From an uncultured Bacillota bacterium (lineage in GTDB: Bacteria > Bacillota > DTU025 > MWDF01), in contig CAWGMK010000007.1 in assembly GCA_963823655.1 (NCBI GenBank), positions 225,908-289,907 of the forward strand: DNA of 64,000 bases, given 5' to 3'. Shown in pieces: positions 30,638-40,260 of this stretch. Made by a program: the position numbers and the translations under genes. A model generated the notes under the pieces. The model did no database searches. It worked only from the letters and a program-made list of their open reading frames with translations, and had not been told where the DNA came from. How positions within the stretch are numbered: position 1 is the first letter of the stretch; each line of letters opens with the position of its first letter.

Positions 30638-31606
30638 ATGATGAATGAAGCTCTTATCGAAGCCAGAAATCTAAAGAAGTTCTTCCAGGTCAATTCCGGG
30701 AACCTTCATGCAGTAGACGATATTAGTTTCACAATAAGAAGAGGTGAGACATTAGGCGTCGTCGGTGAATCGGGTTGCGGAAAATCGACGCTAGGAAGAG
30801 TCATTCTAAGGCTGCTCGGTGCAACCTCTGGCGAAGTGCTATTCGAAGGAGAGGACATCCTTAAATATAGTCTCAGAGAAATGAGAAGCATGCGGACAAA
30901 GATGCAGATAATCTTCCAAGACCCGTATGCGTCCCTTAACCCGAGAATGACAGTCCGGGAGATAATCGCTCAACCCTTAAGGGTGAATAAAGTGTGCCAT
31001 AGCAGGACCGAACTAGATAAAAGAGTCACCAAACTAATGGATACGGTTGGACTGGCACAGAGGTTAGAGTTCGCCTATCCGCATGAGCTTGACGGCGGCA
31101 GAAGACAGAGAATCGGTATCGCCAGGGCTTTGGCGCTTAATCCTGAGTTCATAGTATGCGATGAGCCCGTATCTGCGTTGGACGTAAGCATCCAAGCCCA
31201 GATACTCAACCTTATGATGGATATTCAGGACGGAATGGGGCTCACCTACATGTTCATCACCCATAACTTGGCTGTAGTGAAGCATATTTCGGACGAAATA
31301 TTGGTAATGTATCTGGGTCAATGCGTTGAGAAGGCCCCTACAAAGGAACTTTTCAGTAACCCCCTTCACCCTTATACAAGAGCCCTTCTTGATGCAGTGC
31401 CCACTCCAACAATCAAGAGCGCACAAGTAAAAAGGAAGATCATCAAGGGCGAGATTACGTCTCCGATTAATCCGCCTGAAGGTTGCAGATTTGCTCCTAG
31501 ATGCCCGAATGCAAGAGCGGAATGCATTGGTAGCAGGATACCCCTAATCGAAGTTTCGAAAAACCACTTTCTCCAATGCAATCTAGATTGTCGAAAGTTG
31601 ATATAG
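30638..31606 (+). CDS. dipeptide/oligopeptide ABC ATPase (DppF/OppF)
   Basis: GESGCGKS, signature variant LDGGRRQR and DEPVSALD. Confidence 0.93.
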   Translation: MMNEALIEARNLKKFFQVNSGNLHAVDDISFTIRRGETLGVVGESGCGKSTLGRVILRLLGATSGEVLFEGEDILKYSLREMRSMRTKMQIIFQDPYASLNPRMTVREIIAQPLRVNKVCHSRTELDKRVTKLMDTVGLAQRLEFAYPHELDGGRRQRIGIARALALNPEFIVCDEPVSALDVSIQAQILNLMMDIQDGMGLTYMFITHNLAVVKHISDEILVMYLGQCVEKAPTKELFSNPLHPYTRALLDAVPTPTIKSAQVKRKIIKGEITSPINPPEGCRFAPRCPNARAECIGSRIPLIEVSKNHFLQCNLDCRKLI

Positions 31607-31679
31607 CGACAAATATATCCCAGATCACGAGCAAATGCAGGATTAGCAAACCAATCTATTAATAGGAGGGAGATCAGGC

Positions 31680-33182
31680 ATGAAGAAGGTAAATCTGAGT
31701 TTCATTCTTGTAGCTGCACTTATCCTAGTGGCGCTCAGCGGATTTACTATGAAAGCGGACGCTGCCAAAGAAAGCGTAACCATGGCCATCCCCACAACTG
31801 ACCTGCAAACCTTGGATCCACACAGCAGCAATATGATTGTAGACAGGGTCGTGCGCGCGAACATTTTCGACTGCCTTATGTACTATCAGAACGGGAAGTT
31901 CGAAAATGTGCTCATAGAGGGCTACGAGCTCTCCAAAGATGGCCTGAACTACACTTTCCATTTAAAGAAGGGAGTCAAGTTCCATAATGGAGAGGAACTG
32001 ACTTCAGCCGACATAGTCTATTCAATGGAAAGAGCCAAGAAATCAACGGTTATGGCCACGTTCACGCAGCTGATCACGAAGGTGACGCCAAAAGATAAAT
32101 ACACAGCAATAATCACCCTGGAAAAGCCTTATGTGCCTTTCCTTTTGTCGGTTGCATCCAACGTAGCGATCATGAATGAGAAGGCAGTATTGGCGCATGG
32201 AGATAAATTCAACAGGAACCCAGTCGGAACAGGTCCCTACAAGTTCGTAAGATGGAACGCAGGGGAGAAGATAATACTTGAGAGTTTCGATGGCTGGCAT
32301 GGTGGAACCGCGCCAATTAAAACGGCCACGTTCATTTTCCTCAACGACCCGAACTCAGCTCTAATGGCGACGGAGACAGGTGAAATAGACCTGACTTTCA
32401 CTCTTCCTCAAATAGCGGTTTCAAGTATAGAGAAGGCCGGGAAACTATCCCTGGTAAAAGCCCCCACAATTTCGAGCGGCTTTTTGGTATTCAACCTTGA
32501 GAAATATCCTTTCAACGATAAGAACTTTAGGCTAGCAATGGCATACGCTGTTGATAAGCAGGAAATCGTCGATGTAGCGCTTGAGGGGATCGGTATAGTA
32601 TCCAAGGGCCTTTGGGATGAAAGGGCGGGCGGATATGCCGGCGTCTATAAGCCGGTAGAGAAGGATCTAGCAAAAGCCAAGGAATATCTTGCGAAATCCA
32701 GCTACAAGGGTGAGGAGCTAAACTTCCTCATTGGCTACGAATATTACAGGAAGGTAGCCGTTTTGGTTCAAGAGCAATTCAGGAAAATTGGCATCAACTC
32801 TAAAGTATCGATGATGGAATCCAACTCCTATATAGCCGAACTGAGAAAAGGGAACTACGATATCTCCACAGTAGGAATGAACATGGAATTGGATGTAGAC
32901 TTCTGGGCAAATGCGCTTCATTCAAAGGGTATAGGCGGCTTTAACTTCGCCAGAATGAATATCCCCGAAGTTGATAAGGCCTTTGACGAGGGTAAATCCA
33001 TCCTCGATCCGGAAAAGCGTAAAGCAGCTTATTCAGTAATAGAAAAAGTCCTTTATGAAGATGCATGCATAATCCCCCATTACTTCTCGGTTCAGCCATG
33101 TGCTTTCAATAAGAACCTGGAAGTATCCAGGTTTATGTCTATCGGTTACGCCAAAGTAATTGATATGAAGTGGAAGAAGTAA
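31680..33182 (+). CDS. family 5 peptide ABC substrate-binding protein
   Basis: LDP, F.LKKGVKFHNG and PVGTGPYKF motifs. Signal peptide. Confidence 0.93.
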   Translation: MKKVNLSFILVAALILVALSGFTMKADAAKESVTMAIPTTDLQTLDPHSSNMIVDRVVRANIFDCLMYYQNGKFENVLIEGYELSKDGLNYTFHLKKGVKFHNGEELTSADIVYSMERAKKSTVMATFTQLITKVTPKDKYTAIITLEKPYVPFLLSVASNVAIMNEKAVLAHGDKFNRNPVGTGPYKFVRWNAGEKIILESFDGWHGGTAPIKTATFIFLNDPNSALMATETGEIDLTFTLPQIAVSSIEKAGKLSLVKAPTISSGFLVFNLEKYPFNDKNFRLAMAYAVDKQEIVDVALEGIGIVSKGLWDERAGGYAGVYKPVEKDLAKAKEYLAKSSYKGEELNFLIGYEYYRKVAVLVQEQFRKIGINSKVSMMESNSYIAELRKGNYDISTVGMNMELDVDFWANALHSKGIGGFNFARMNIPEVDKAFDEGKSILDPEKRKAAYSVIEKVLYEDACIIPHYFSVQPCAFNKNLEVSRFMSIGYAKVIDMKWKK

Positions 33183-33200
33183 CTCAATAACCAAATCACA

Positions 33201-33230
33201 GTCGGCGAAGCCAATATCGGCTTCGCCGAC
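33201..33230 (+). terminator. hairpin after the SBP gene (terminator or mRNA stabiliser)
   Basis: GTCGGCGAAGCC/GGCTTCGCCGAC perfect stem. Confidence 0.65.
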
Positions 33231-33280
33231 AGCTAACATTGATTACATTTTAAAGAAAATCCCTCAAAGGAGCTCTCCGC

Positions 33281-34231
33281 ATGATTAGGTACGTATTTAA
33301 GAGAATGATGCTGCTTATCCCTGTCCTGCTGGGGGTATCGTTTATTGTTTTTACCATAATGTCTTTCACACCAGGGGATCCGGCTTCAGTCATCCTCGGA
33401 ACAACGGCCACTAAGGAGGACATACAAAAGCTTAATGAGGAGTTAGGCTACTATCGTCCATTCTTGGTCAGATATGCAAGCTTCGTGCTTGGTGCGGTAC
33501 AGGGGGATTTTGGCAATTCCTATAGGTCGGGCAACCCGGTGTTCGGGGAGATATTCTCCAGGTTCCCTACAACGTTAAAGCTTGCAGTAGGGGCAATTCT
33601 GCTTGCTATATTGGTAGGAGCACCTTTAGGTATCATCTCTGCTGTCCGACAATACTCCTGGATCGACATATCCGGAACAGTAATCGCGATGTTCATGGCA
33701 GCTGTCCCACAGTTTTGGTTGGGTCTAATGGGAATATTGATATTCTCAGTGAAGCTCGGCTGGCTTCCTTCCATCGGTCTTTCATCAATTAAGCATTACA
33801 TATTACCTATCATGGCTTTGTCGCTTTCCACTGCGGCGAGCATCATAAGGCTCACCAGGTCTGCCATGCTTGAGATCATCAGGCTGGACTATATACGGAC
33901 CGCACGTGCAAAAGGTGCTTCTGAACGGACGATAATCATAAAGCACGCATTCAGGAATGCACTTCTTCCTATTGTTACGGTTATAGGAATCAACTTTGGT
34001 TTACTTCTGGGAGGCGCAGTGCTGATAGAGTCCGTATTTGGCATTCCGGGGGTCGGGAGCCTGACTATTACGTCGATAAGAATGAAGGATATACCTCAGA
34101 CTACTGCTTCAGTTCTCTTCCTTGCCTTTATTTACATCGTTATGATGTTGATTGTAGATATTCTGTATGCCTACATCGATCCGAGGATCAAAGCGAAGTA
34201 CCTTATCAAGAAGGTGAAAGCAAATGGCTAA
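33281..34231 (+). CDS. peptide ABC permease (DppB/OppB)
   Basis: PGDP, GDFG.S, DYIRTARAKG and DPRI motifs. Confidence 0.93.
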   Translation: MIRYVFKRMMLLIPVLLGVSFIVFTIMSFTPGDPASVILGTTATKEDIQKLNEELGYYRPFLVRYASFVLGAVQGDFGNSYRSGNPVFGEIFSRFPTTLKLAVGAILLAILVGAPLGIISAVRQYSWIDISGTVIAMFMAAVPQFWLGLMGILIFSVKLGWLPSIGLSSIKHYILPIMALSLSTAASIIRLTRSAMLEIIRLDYIRTARAKGASERTIIIKHAFRNALLPIVTVIGINFGLLLGGAVLIESVFGIPGVGSLTITSIRMKDIPQTTASVLFLAFIYIVMMLIVDILYAYIDPRIKAKYLIKKVKANG

Positions 34232-35096
34232 AGAAACAAAGCCCAGAAAGAAGAGCGGCTTTGCTGAGGTATGGAGGAGGTATAAAAAGAGCAAGCTGGC
34301 AATGCTCGGCCTCATAATTCTATGCATCATATTATTTTTTGCAGCCTTCGCTAATCTAATTGCTGACTATGAAGAAAAGGCTATAAACCAAAATACATCC
34401 ATAAGGCTCCAATCATCCTCCCTTGAACATTGGTTTGGTACTGATGAATATGGAAGGGATATTTTCGCAAGGATAATTTATGGTGCAAGAAACTCCTTCA
34501 TACTTGCATTTACTGCAACTTCTCTGGCCCTTCTGATTTCCTGCATAATTGGCTCGATTGCGGCTTATTATGGTGGCTTGATCGACAATGTAATTATGAG
34601 GATACTGGATATGTTCATGGGAATCCCACTTCTTCTGTTAGCTATTTCAATCTCGGCTTCTTTAGGACCGGGAATGAGGAATTTGATATTAGCAGTCACG
34701 ATGGCCCAAATACCGGGTTTCACGAGGGTAACGAGATCAGCTATCCTTAACATCGTCGGAATGGAATATATCGAGGCTGCCAGATCATATGGTTCTTCAG
34801 ATGCCAGTATAATTGCATTCCACATATTACCCAATGCTTTCGGCCTGATAATCGTACAGGCTACAATGTCTTTGGCCAGCACCATACTGACAATTGCGTC
34901 CCTGAGTTATATCGGCATGGGCATGCAACCCCCTGCACCAGAACTGGGCGCTATGCTCTCAGATGGCAAGGAGTTCATGAGGTATTACCCTTCGCTGGTA
35001 GTTTTTCCGGGGCTTATGATAGCAATCAGCGCTTTGTCATTGAACCTTGTAGGCGATGGTTTAAGGGATGCACTTGATCCAAGACTGAGGAATTAA
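34224..35096 (+). CDS. peptide ABC permease (DppC/OppC)
   Basis: HWFGTDEYGRD, EYIEAA and GDGLRDALDPR motifs. Confidence 0.93.
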   Translation: MAKETKPRKKSGFAEVWRRYKKSKLAMLGLIILCIILFFAAFANLIADYEEKAINQNTSIRLQSSSLEHWFGTDEYGRDIFARIIYGARNSFILAFTATSLALLISCIIGSIAAYYGGLIDNVIMRILDMFMGIPLLLLAISISASLGPGMRNLILAVTMAQIPGFTRVTRSAILNIVGMEYIEAARSYGSSDASIIAFHILPNAFGLIIVQATMSLASTILTIASLSYIGMGMQPPAPELGAMLSDGKEFMRYYPSLVVFPGLMIAISALSLNLVGDGLRDALDPRLRN

Positions 35097-35147
35097 ACCA
35101 CGCATGATTCAATTAAGCATAGTTACTGGAAGCGTTTTTCGGGGAGG

Positions 35148-36338
35148 ATGACTATGTCATTAGTTGCAAGGGCTTTTGAGATCGAACCAGAGATGGTGGC
35201 TATCCGCCGTAAGATACATGAGTATCCCGAACTGAGTTTCTGTGAACATGGGACGACGGAACTGGTAGAAAGAGAGCTTCAAAGGTATGGAATCGAAACC
35301 ATAAGGAATGGCAATGAAACCGGCATGGTTGGATTGCTAAAAGGAAATAATGAAGGCAAGAACATTTGTATACGATGTGATATTGATGCTCTTCCTATGA
35401 CAGAGGACACAGGACTGCCCTTCTCGTCTCGAAATGAAAAGGCATGCCATTCCTGTGGACACGATATTCATACAACAATAGTGTTGGCCTGCGCCCGGTT
35501 AATGAGTGAAAGGCGCAAAGATATAAATGGCAGTGTAAAATTCATATTTCAGCCTGCGGAGGAGATATCTAAAGGCGCGGTAAGCATGATTAAAAACGGC
35601 GCAATGGAAAACCCTAAGGTGGATGCCATTGTGGGCGTTCATACATGGCCGGAACTTTCGGTCGGATCAATAGGTGTACGCCGAGGGGTAATGTTCGCAT
35701 CATCAGACTGTTTTAAGATTACTATAAGCGGCAAAGGGGGACATGCAGCACATCCGCATAAATGCGTTGATTTAGTAGTGGTAGCTGGATATATGATTAC
35801 TCAATTGCAGACAATCGTTTCTCGCGAAGTACCGGCTTACGATTTTGCTGTCGTTACAGTTGGGAAAATGACCGCAGGAACAAAAGAGAATATCATTCCA
35901 AGTGAGGTAGTGCTTGAGGGAACAATAAGGACGCTTAACCCGGAAACCCGATCTAAGGTTCATGCAAGTCTTAGGAGAATAGCTATCCATACGGCTGAAG
36001 GCCTAAACGCGAAAGCAGATGTAGAGATTTTTGTTGGCGGCTTACCAACTGTATGTGATGACGGCATAATCGATATTGTGAGTAAAGCTACGACAAGATT
36101 GCTTGGAGCAGACAAGTTGGTCCAACTTCCTTATCCATCTATGGGAACTGAGGATTTCTCTGAATACCTAAATTTCGCTCCTGGTGCCATGATACGCATA
36201 GGAACAGCTAATGAGCTTCCTGAGTCAAGATATGCGCTTCACAGCCCGAAGATCGTTTTCGACGAAAAGGCTATAACATCAGGGGCAATAGCATTGTGTG
36301 GAACCATACTCGAATTCTTGGGTTCAGATTTTTCTTGA
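35148..36338 (+). CDS. M20D amidohydrolase (HipO/AbgB-like)
   Basis: HEYPELS, RCDIDAL, HSCGHD, FQPAEE, GGHAAHPH, EDF and LHS motifs. Confidence 0.92.
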   Translation: MTMSLVARAFEIEPEMVAIRRKIHEYPELSFCEHGTTELVERELQRYGIETIRNGNETGMVGLLKGNNEGKNICIRCDIDALPMTEDTGLPFSSRNEKACHSCGHDIHTTIVLACARLMSERRKDINGSVKFIFQPAEEISKGAVSMIKNGAMENPKVDAIVGVHTWPELSVGSIGVRRGVMFASSDCFKITISGKGGHAAHPHKCVDLVVVAGYMITQLQTIVSREVPAYDFAVVTVGKMTAGTKENIIPSEVVLEGTIRTLNPETRSKVHASLRRIAIHTAEGLNAKADVEIFVGGLPTVCDDGIIDIVSKATTRLLGADKLVQLPYPSMGTEDFSEYLNFAPGAMIRIGTANELPESRYALHSPKIVFDEKAITSGAIALCGTILEFLGSDFS

Positions 36339-36382
36339 ATATTATTTGATCTTGGCAATACCGTGTTTAGGGAGGCACATCA

Positions 36383-36832
36383 ATGAAAAAGTTAAAAATT
36401 GAGTGGAAGCACCTTGATGTTAACGGTGAGACCTGCAATCGTTGCTATGACACGGGTGAGAATTCTAATCAGGAAGTTAAAAGATTAAACAGAGCCTTGC
36501 AGCCGCAGGGAATTGAGGTGGAGTGGTCCGAGACCATACTTGATGGCACCCAGGTACCTCAATCTAACACTATACTTTTCAATGGAGTTCCTATTGAAGA
36601 AATTCTGGTCATCCAAGTGTCAGAGAATTATTGTGATTCTTGCACGGCTTTGCTGGGGGCAGAGACTTATTGTCGGACAATAATGTTTGAAGGTAATGAG
36701 TACGAAGATATTCCGGCGAAAGCCATTCGTCAGGCAGCACTGAAGATTTTGGGAGTTGAAGAGACAGCCAAAAAAACGTCAGAAAGTTCCGGGTGTGGCT
36801 GTAATTGCAGTAACGGTTGCTCTAATAACTGA
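36383..36832 (+). CDS. DUF2703-like metal-binding protein
   Basis: TC.RC..TG, SN.I.FNG..IE, C.SC...CR and Cys-rich tail GCGCNCSNGC. Confidence 0.8.
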   Translation: MKKLKIEWKHLDVNGETCNRCYDTGENSNQEVKRLNRALQPQGIEVEWSETILDGTQVPQSNTILFNGVPIEEILVIQVSENYCDSCTALLGAETYCRTIMFEGNEYEDIPAKAIRQAALKILGVEETAKKTSESSGCGCNCSNGCSNN

Positions 36833-36915
36833 TTCTTTAACGGCGACTTGATTTCCTAGAAGATGCCAAGAAGAGATCTAGGATGCACATTAAAAACACT
36901 ATAGCCGCCTAAACG

Positions 36916-36949
36916 CAGGCAGGCTGCCGTTTGAGTGGCAGCCTGCCTG
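36916..36949. terminator. hairpin between convergent genes
   Basis: CAGGCAGGCTGCC/GGCAGCCTGCCTG stem. Confidence 0.7.
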
Positions 36950-37132
36950 AGTCTTATATCTTGGTTGGTATCATCGTTGCCAAACCGTAAGCTGTGGATT
37001 AATGAAGCCAGCTTGCACTTTGAATATCATTCATTCCCCAATTTGTGTCCATCAGAGGGGAATACACAAGAGATTTCTACACACTCTCGGTAAAACACAT
37101 GTCATTTTCACATATCAGTAGACGCATTTCGA

Positions 37133-37477
37133 TCAATTATCATAAGTACCGCCACTATTCTCGTTGTTCAAGGCTCCTGACATATCGATAAGAAGTATCT
37201 TTACAAGCGAAGTGCATATCGGCCGATGCCTTACACCTTTCGGGACTATCAACAGATCCCCCGGCTTGAGCTGTACTGCTCCATCATCAAATTCCAGAGC
37301 GAAGTTTCCTTCAAGCACGTAAAAAGCCTCATCTGATTTCTCATGGACGTGAAATTCAAGTGTCCTGTCGGCAACTTTTACGACGTTTAGCATCTGGCCA
37401 TTAATCTTGCCAACTTCCTTATATTCGTACAGCTCTCCACTATTCACAGCATCGGTTAAATTTACTTTTTGCTGCAT
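37133..37477 (-). CDS. cupin domain protein
   Basis: FHVH..SDE.FYVLEG and VPKGVRHRP motifs. Confidence 0.9.
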   Translation of the reverse strand: MQQKVNLTDAVNSGELYEYKEVGKINGQMLNVVKVADRTLEFHVHEKSDEAFYVLEGNFALEFDDGAVQLKPGDLLIVPKGVRHRPICTSLVKILLIDMSGALNNENSGGTYDN

Positions 37478-37666
37478 ATCCCAACTCTCCTTTCAATAGG
37501 CAGTTTCTACAAATGAAACAGGTATGACATTTTCCCGGAAACAAGCACTAAATCTGTGCTGGGCAACTAGCAATTTTACTCCCTGGCGAGAAGCATTCAG
37601 TCAAGCAGACATATAAGCCTTCAGCAATATTGAAGGTGAATGCCGAAGGGCATCACTGATTTTCGA

Positions 37667-38986
37667 TCAGACCGCTTTATCAGAGATCATATCAGGAAGT
37701 TCATCCTCGACATTGCGCAAGTGTGAATAGGAAAAGGCAATGACTGTAGCTATTAATACTAGAACACCCAGCAAGATGAGAATCAATCCGATTCCCCGTC
37801 CGGGGCCTACGCCGATCACCTTCCCGACGCTGCCAGCCAGCCTACCACCTTCGACCAATAGGGGGTTGAAAACCTTGTCTGCAAGCGGTCCGGCAATCAA
37901 GTAGGACAGAGGTATCGATGAGAAGCTCAGCACTCTCCTATACGAAAATACTCTCCCTTGGATATCTGGTGCAGTCTTCCGTTGCCAAATCACTTGGTTA
38001 CATGACCGTAAAATAGGTGAAGCGAAGAACGCAAGGAATTCCCCGATGCCCAGGATGTAAACATTTGTAGTAGACCCAACAATGAAAAGCGAAATGACCT
38101 GAACGAGTTTTGCCACATATATGCCGGCCATCTTCCTTTTCGGTCCGCCCCATACGCTCATCAATATGCTCCCTGATAGGTAGCCCAAACCCGCGACTGA
38201 AGTCAAAATACCAAGCACCGGCGTTGTTGAAAAACTAAGTATCAGTGGCGCGAATAACACACCTGCTATGCTGCTAAGAAAGTTGTCCGTTGCGAAAAAT
38301 ATGAGTATTGCGAGCAGCCCCTTGCGCACTCGGATATATCCCCAGCCATAAAACGCTTCCCTGAGGAGCGAACCTTTCCCTTTTTGCCCCTCAGCAGTTC
38401 TTTCGGGTTTTGGGACGCTGACAAGGAGGAGCGTGACAAATGCGAAAAGGAAAGTCGCCAGATCAATTATCATAATGCCTTGAATTAGTATGATTCCTAC
38501 GAGCAGGCTTGCCATCACGGGAGCCAGTATCTGGGCTACCCCTTCTGCTACCTGCACCATGCCATTTGCCCTGTCAAGCTGCCTTTTTGGCACTAATAGG
38601 GTCATAGCAGCGGAATATGCCGGCCATTGGAATGCGGCAAATGATGCACTAATTGCCAATAGCACGTAAAGATGCCAGATCTCCAGTCTTTCACTGGAAA
38701 TCAAGATGAAGATGGTCAGAGTGCAAACCGCTGCTCCGACATCGCTGAACAACATTGCTTTTCGCCGATCCCAGCGGTCAACCAGAGCGCCGGCGATCGG
38801 GCCTATAAAAATGGCAGGCAAGATGGTGAACAACTGGACCAGAGCGAATTTTGTCGCAGAACCTGTCTCCAAAAACACCCAGACACCAAGGGCAAAGCCC
38901 GTCAGCCCGGAACCGACTAGCGAGACAAGCTGCCCGAACCATATGAATAGGAATGCGCTGAAACCTTCAATATGTTTCCTTTCTAT
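37667..38986 (-). CDS. MFS transporter (DHA3/macrolide efflux-like)
   Basis: GALVDRWDRR motif A and FQWPA. The frame is open upstream of GTG 38878 through the conserved FIWFGQLVS helix to ATA 38986, behind GAGGGGG. Confidence 0.85.
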   Translation of the reverse strand: MERKHIEGFSAFLFIWFGQLVSLVGSGLTGFALGVWVFLETGSATKFALVQLFTILPAIFIGPIAGALVDRWDRRKAMLFSDVGAAVCTLTIFILISSERLEIWHLYVLLAISASFAAFQWPAYSAAMTLLVPKRQLDRANGMVQVAEGVAQILAPVMASLLVGIILIQGIMIIDLATFLFAFVTLLLVSVPKPERTAEGQKGKGSLLREAFYGWGYIRVRKGLLAILIFFATDNFLSSIAGVLFAPLILSFSTTPVLGILTSVAGLGYLSGSILMSVWGGPKRKMAGIYVAKLVQVISLFIVGSTTNVYILGIGEFLAFFASPILRSCNQVIWQRKTAPDIQGRVFSYRRVLSFSSIPLSYLIAGPLADKVFNPLLVEGGRLAGSVGKVIGVGPGRGIGLILILLGVLVLIATVIAFSYSHLRNVEDELPDMISDKAV

Positions 38987-39420
38987 GATTGCACCCCCTC
39001 ACATATAGGCATAGTGCAGGGTATAGCTACAGCCTGTTCTGGACACCATATAAAAGAAGGCAATTATATATCAAAACCGAGGACATTGATAGTGACTCTC
39101 GGGATTGAAATGATCTAATACCAGGTTTCGATTTGCCTTCATTAAGATGTACCAAGGAATATCGCAGGGTTAGACTGCCTAGCCAAGCGGTGATTATGTT
39201 GTCAAGCGGGTATTACAAGAAAATTGGCCAACAATTATTGAATGATCGAGCAGATGTAAAGGTAGCAGTGGATTACATGAACTTAGTGGGCGTGAAGATA
39301 GGGCTGGAAACCGTCAGTAGGCCGATATGCTCCCCCTTAGGACAGTCACTTCGCTTCACTGTCAACTCTTAGGAGGAGCATATCACATGTGCTACTCGGG
39401 CTCTCATTGTTCTATTTAGA

Positions 39421-40074
39421 TTAAACTCTTGCCTTCTTGACCTCGTTTATGAATTTCGCGGCGTGCTCAGCTAGTTCGTCCCATAAGCCGCCCTCTATCA
39501 TCTTCCTGTCGGTTAGCGAGGTGCCCGCACCTACGAAGCAAGCGCCGGCTTTAATGTATGCTCCGACATTGTCCAGGGTGATGCCGCCCGTAGGCGTCAT
39601 CCTGATCTGGGGGAAAGGACCAGCCATATCCTTGAAGAATTCCGGGCCAAGCTTAGTGGCGGGGAACACCTTCACTGCATCCGCCCCACCCTCCCAGGCT
39701 GTAAGAATCTCGGTGGGTGTGAAGGCTCCAGGGATGACAACCTTGGAATACCTCTTGGACATAGATATTATCTCCTGCTTGAAGACGGGGGATACGATGA
39801 AGTCGGCGCCCGCCAGTATGCAAAGGCGCGCAGTCTCCTCGTCCAATATCGTCCCTGCGCCTAAAAGCACCTTGCCCTTAAGCTTCTGGCCTACTTCTTT
39901 GATAACATCAATTGCGCCCGGCACGGTCATGGTTACTTCTATGGCTTTCACTCCACCGCGCTCAATGGCGGTAATCACATTGAGAAGTTCGGAAGGGTCC
40001 TTTGCTCTAATGACCGCGACTACTCCTGTTTCTACTACCAGTTTGAGATTGTCCTCCCTTTGCATTGACGACAA
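39421..40074 (-). CDS. eda: KDPG/KHG aldolase
   Basis: VAVIRA, IEVT, GAGT, FIVSP, TPTE, KVFPA and PTGG motifs. Confidence 0.93.
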   Translation of the reverse strand: MSSMQREDNLKLVVETGVVAVIRAKDPSELLNVITAIERGGVKAIEVTMTVPGAIDVIKEVGQKLKGKVLLGAGTILDEETARLCILAGADFIVSPVFKQEIISMSKRYSKVVIPGAFTPTEILTAWEGGADAVKVFPATKLGPEFFKDMAGPFPQIRMTPTGGITLDNVGAYIKAGACFVGAGTSLTDRKMIEGGLWDELAEHAAKFINEVKKARV

Positions 40075-40260
40075 TTAGTGCACCTCCTGCAAATGGCGCG
40101 GGTTTTCGTCTTCCGGACCGCCAGCCAACATGGCCCGCGCGAAATATTTCTTGAAAATCTCTTCCACAAAGAAGGATTCTTCTACACGAATGGAGAAAAT
40201 CCTCTTCATAGAAATAAAAAATAGCGATAATTTTCACAATCCTCGGAGGGACATGAATTT

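Noticed and set aside
39133-39372. 79-aa ORF, and similar short ORFs at 4604, 22733, 25176 and 27508
   Set aside because: No RBS, motif or typical codon pattern; probably non-coding or unrecognisable remnants.
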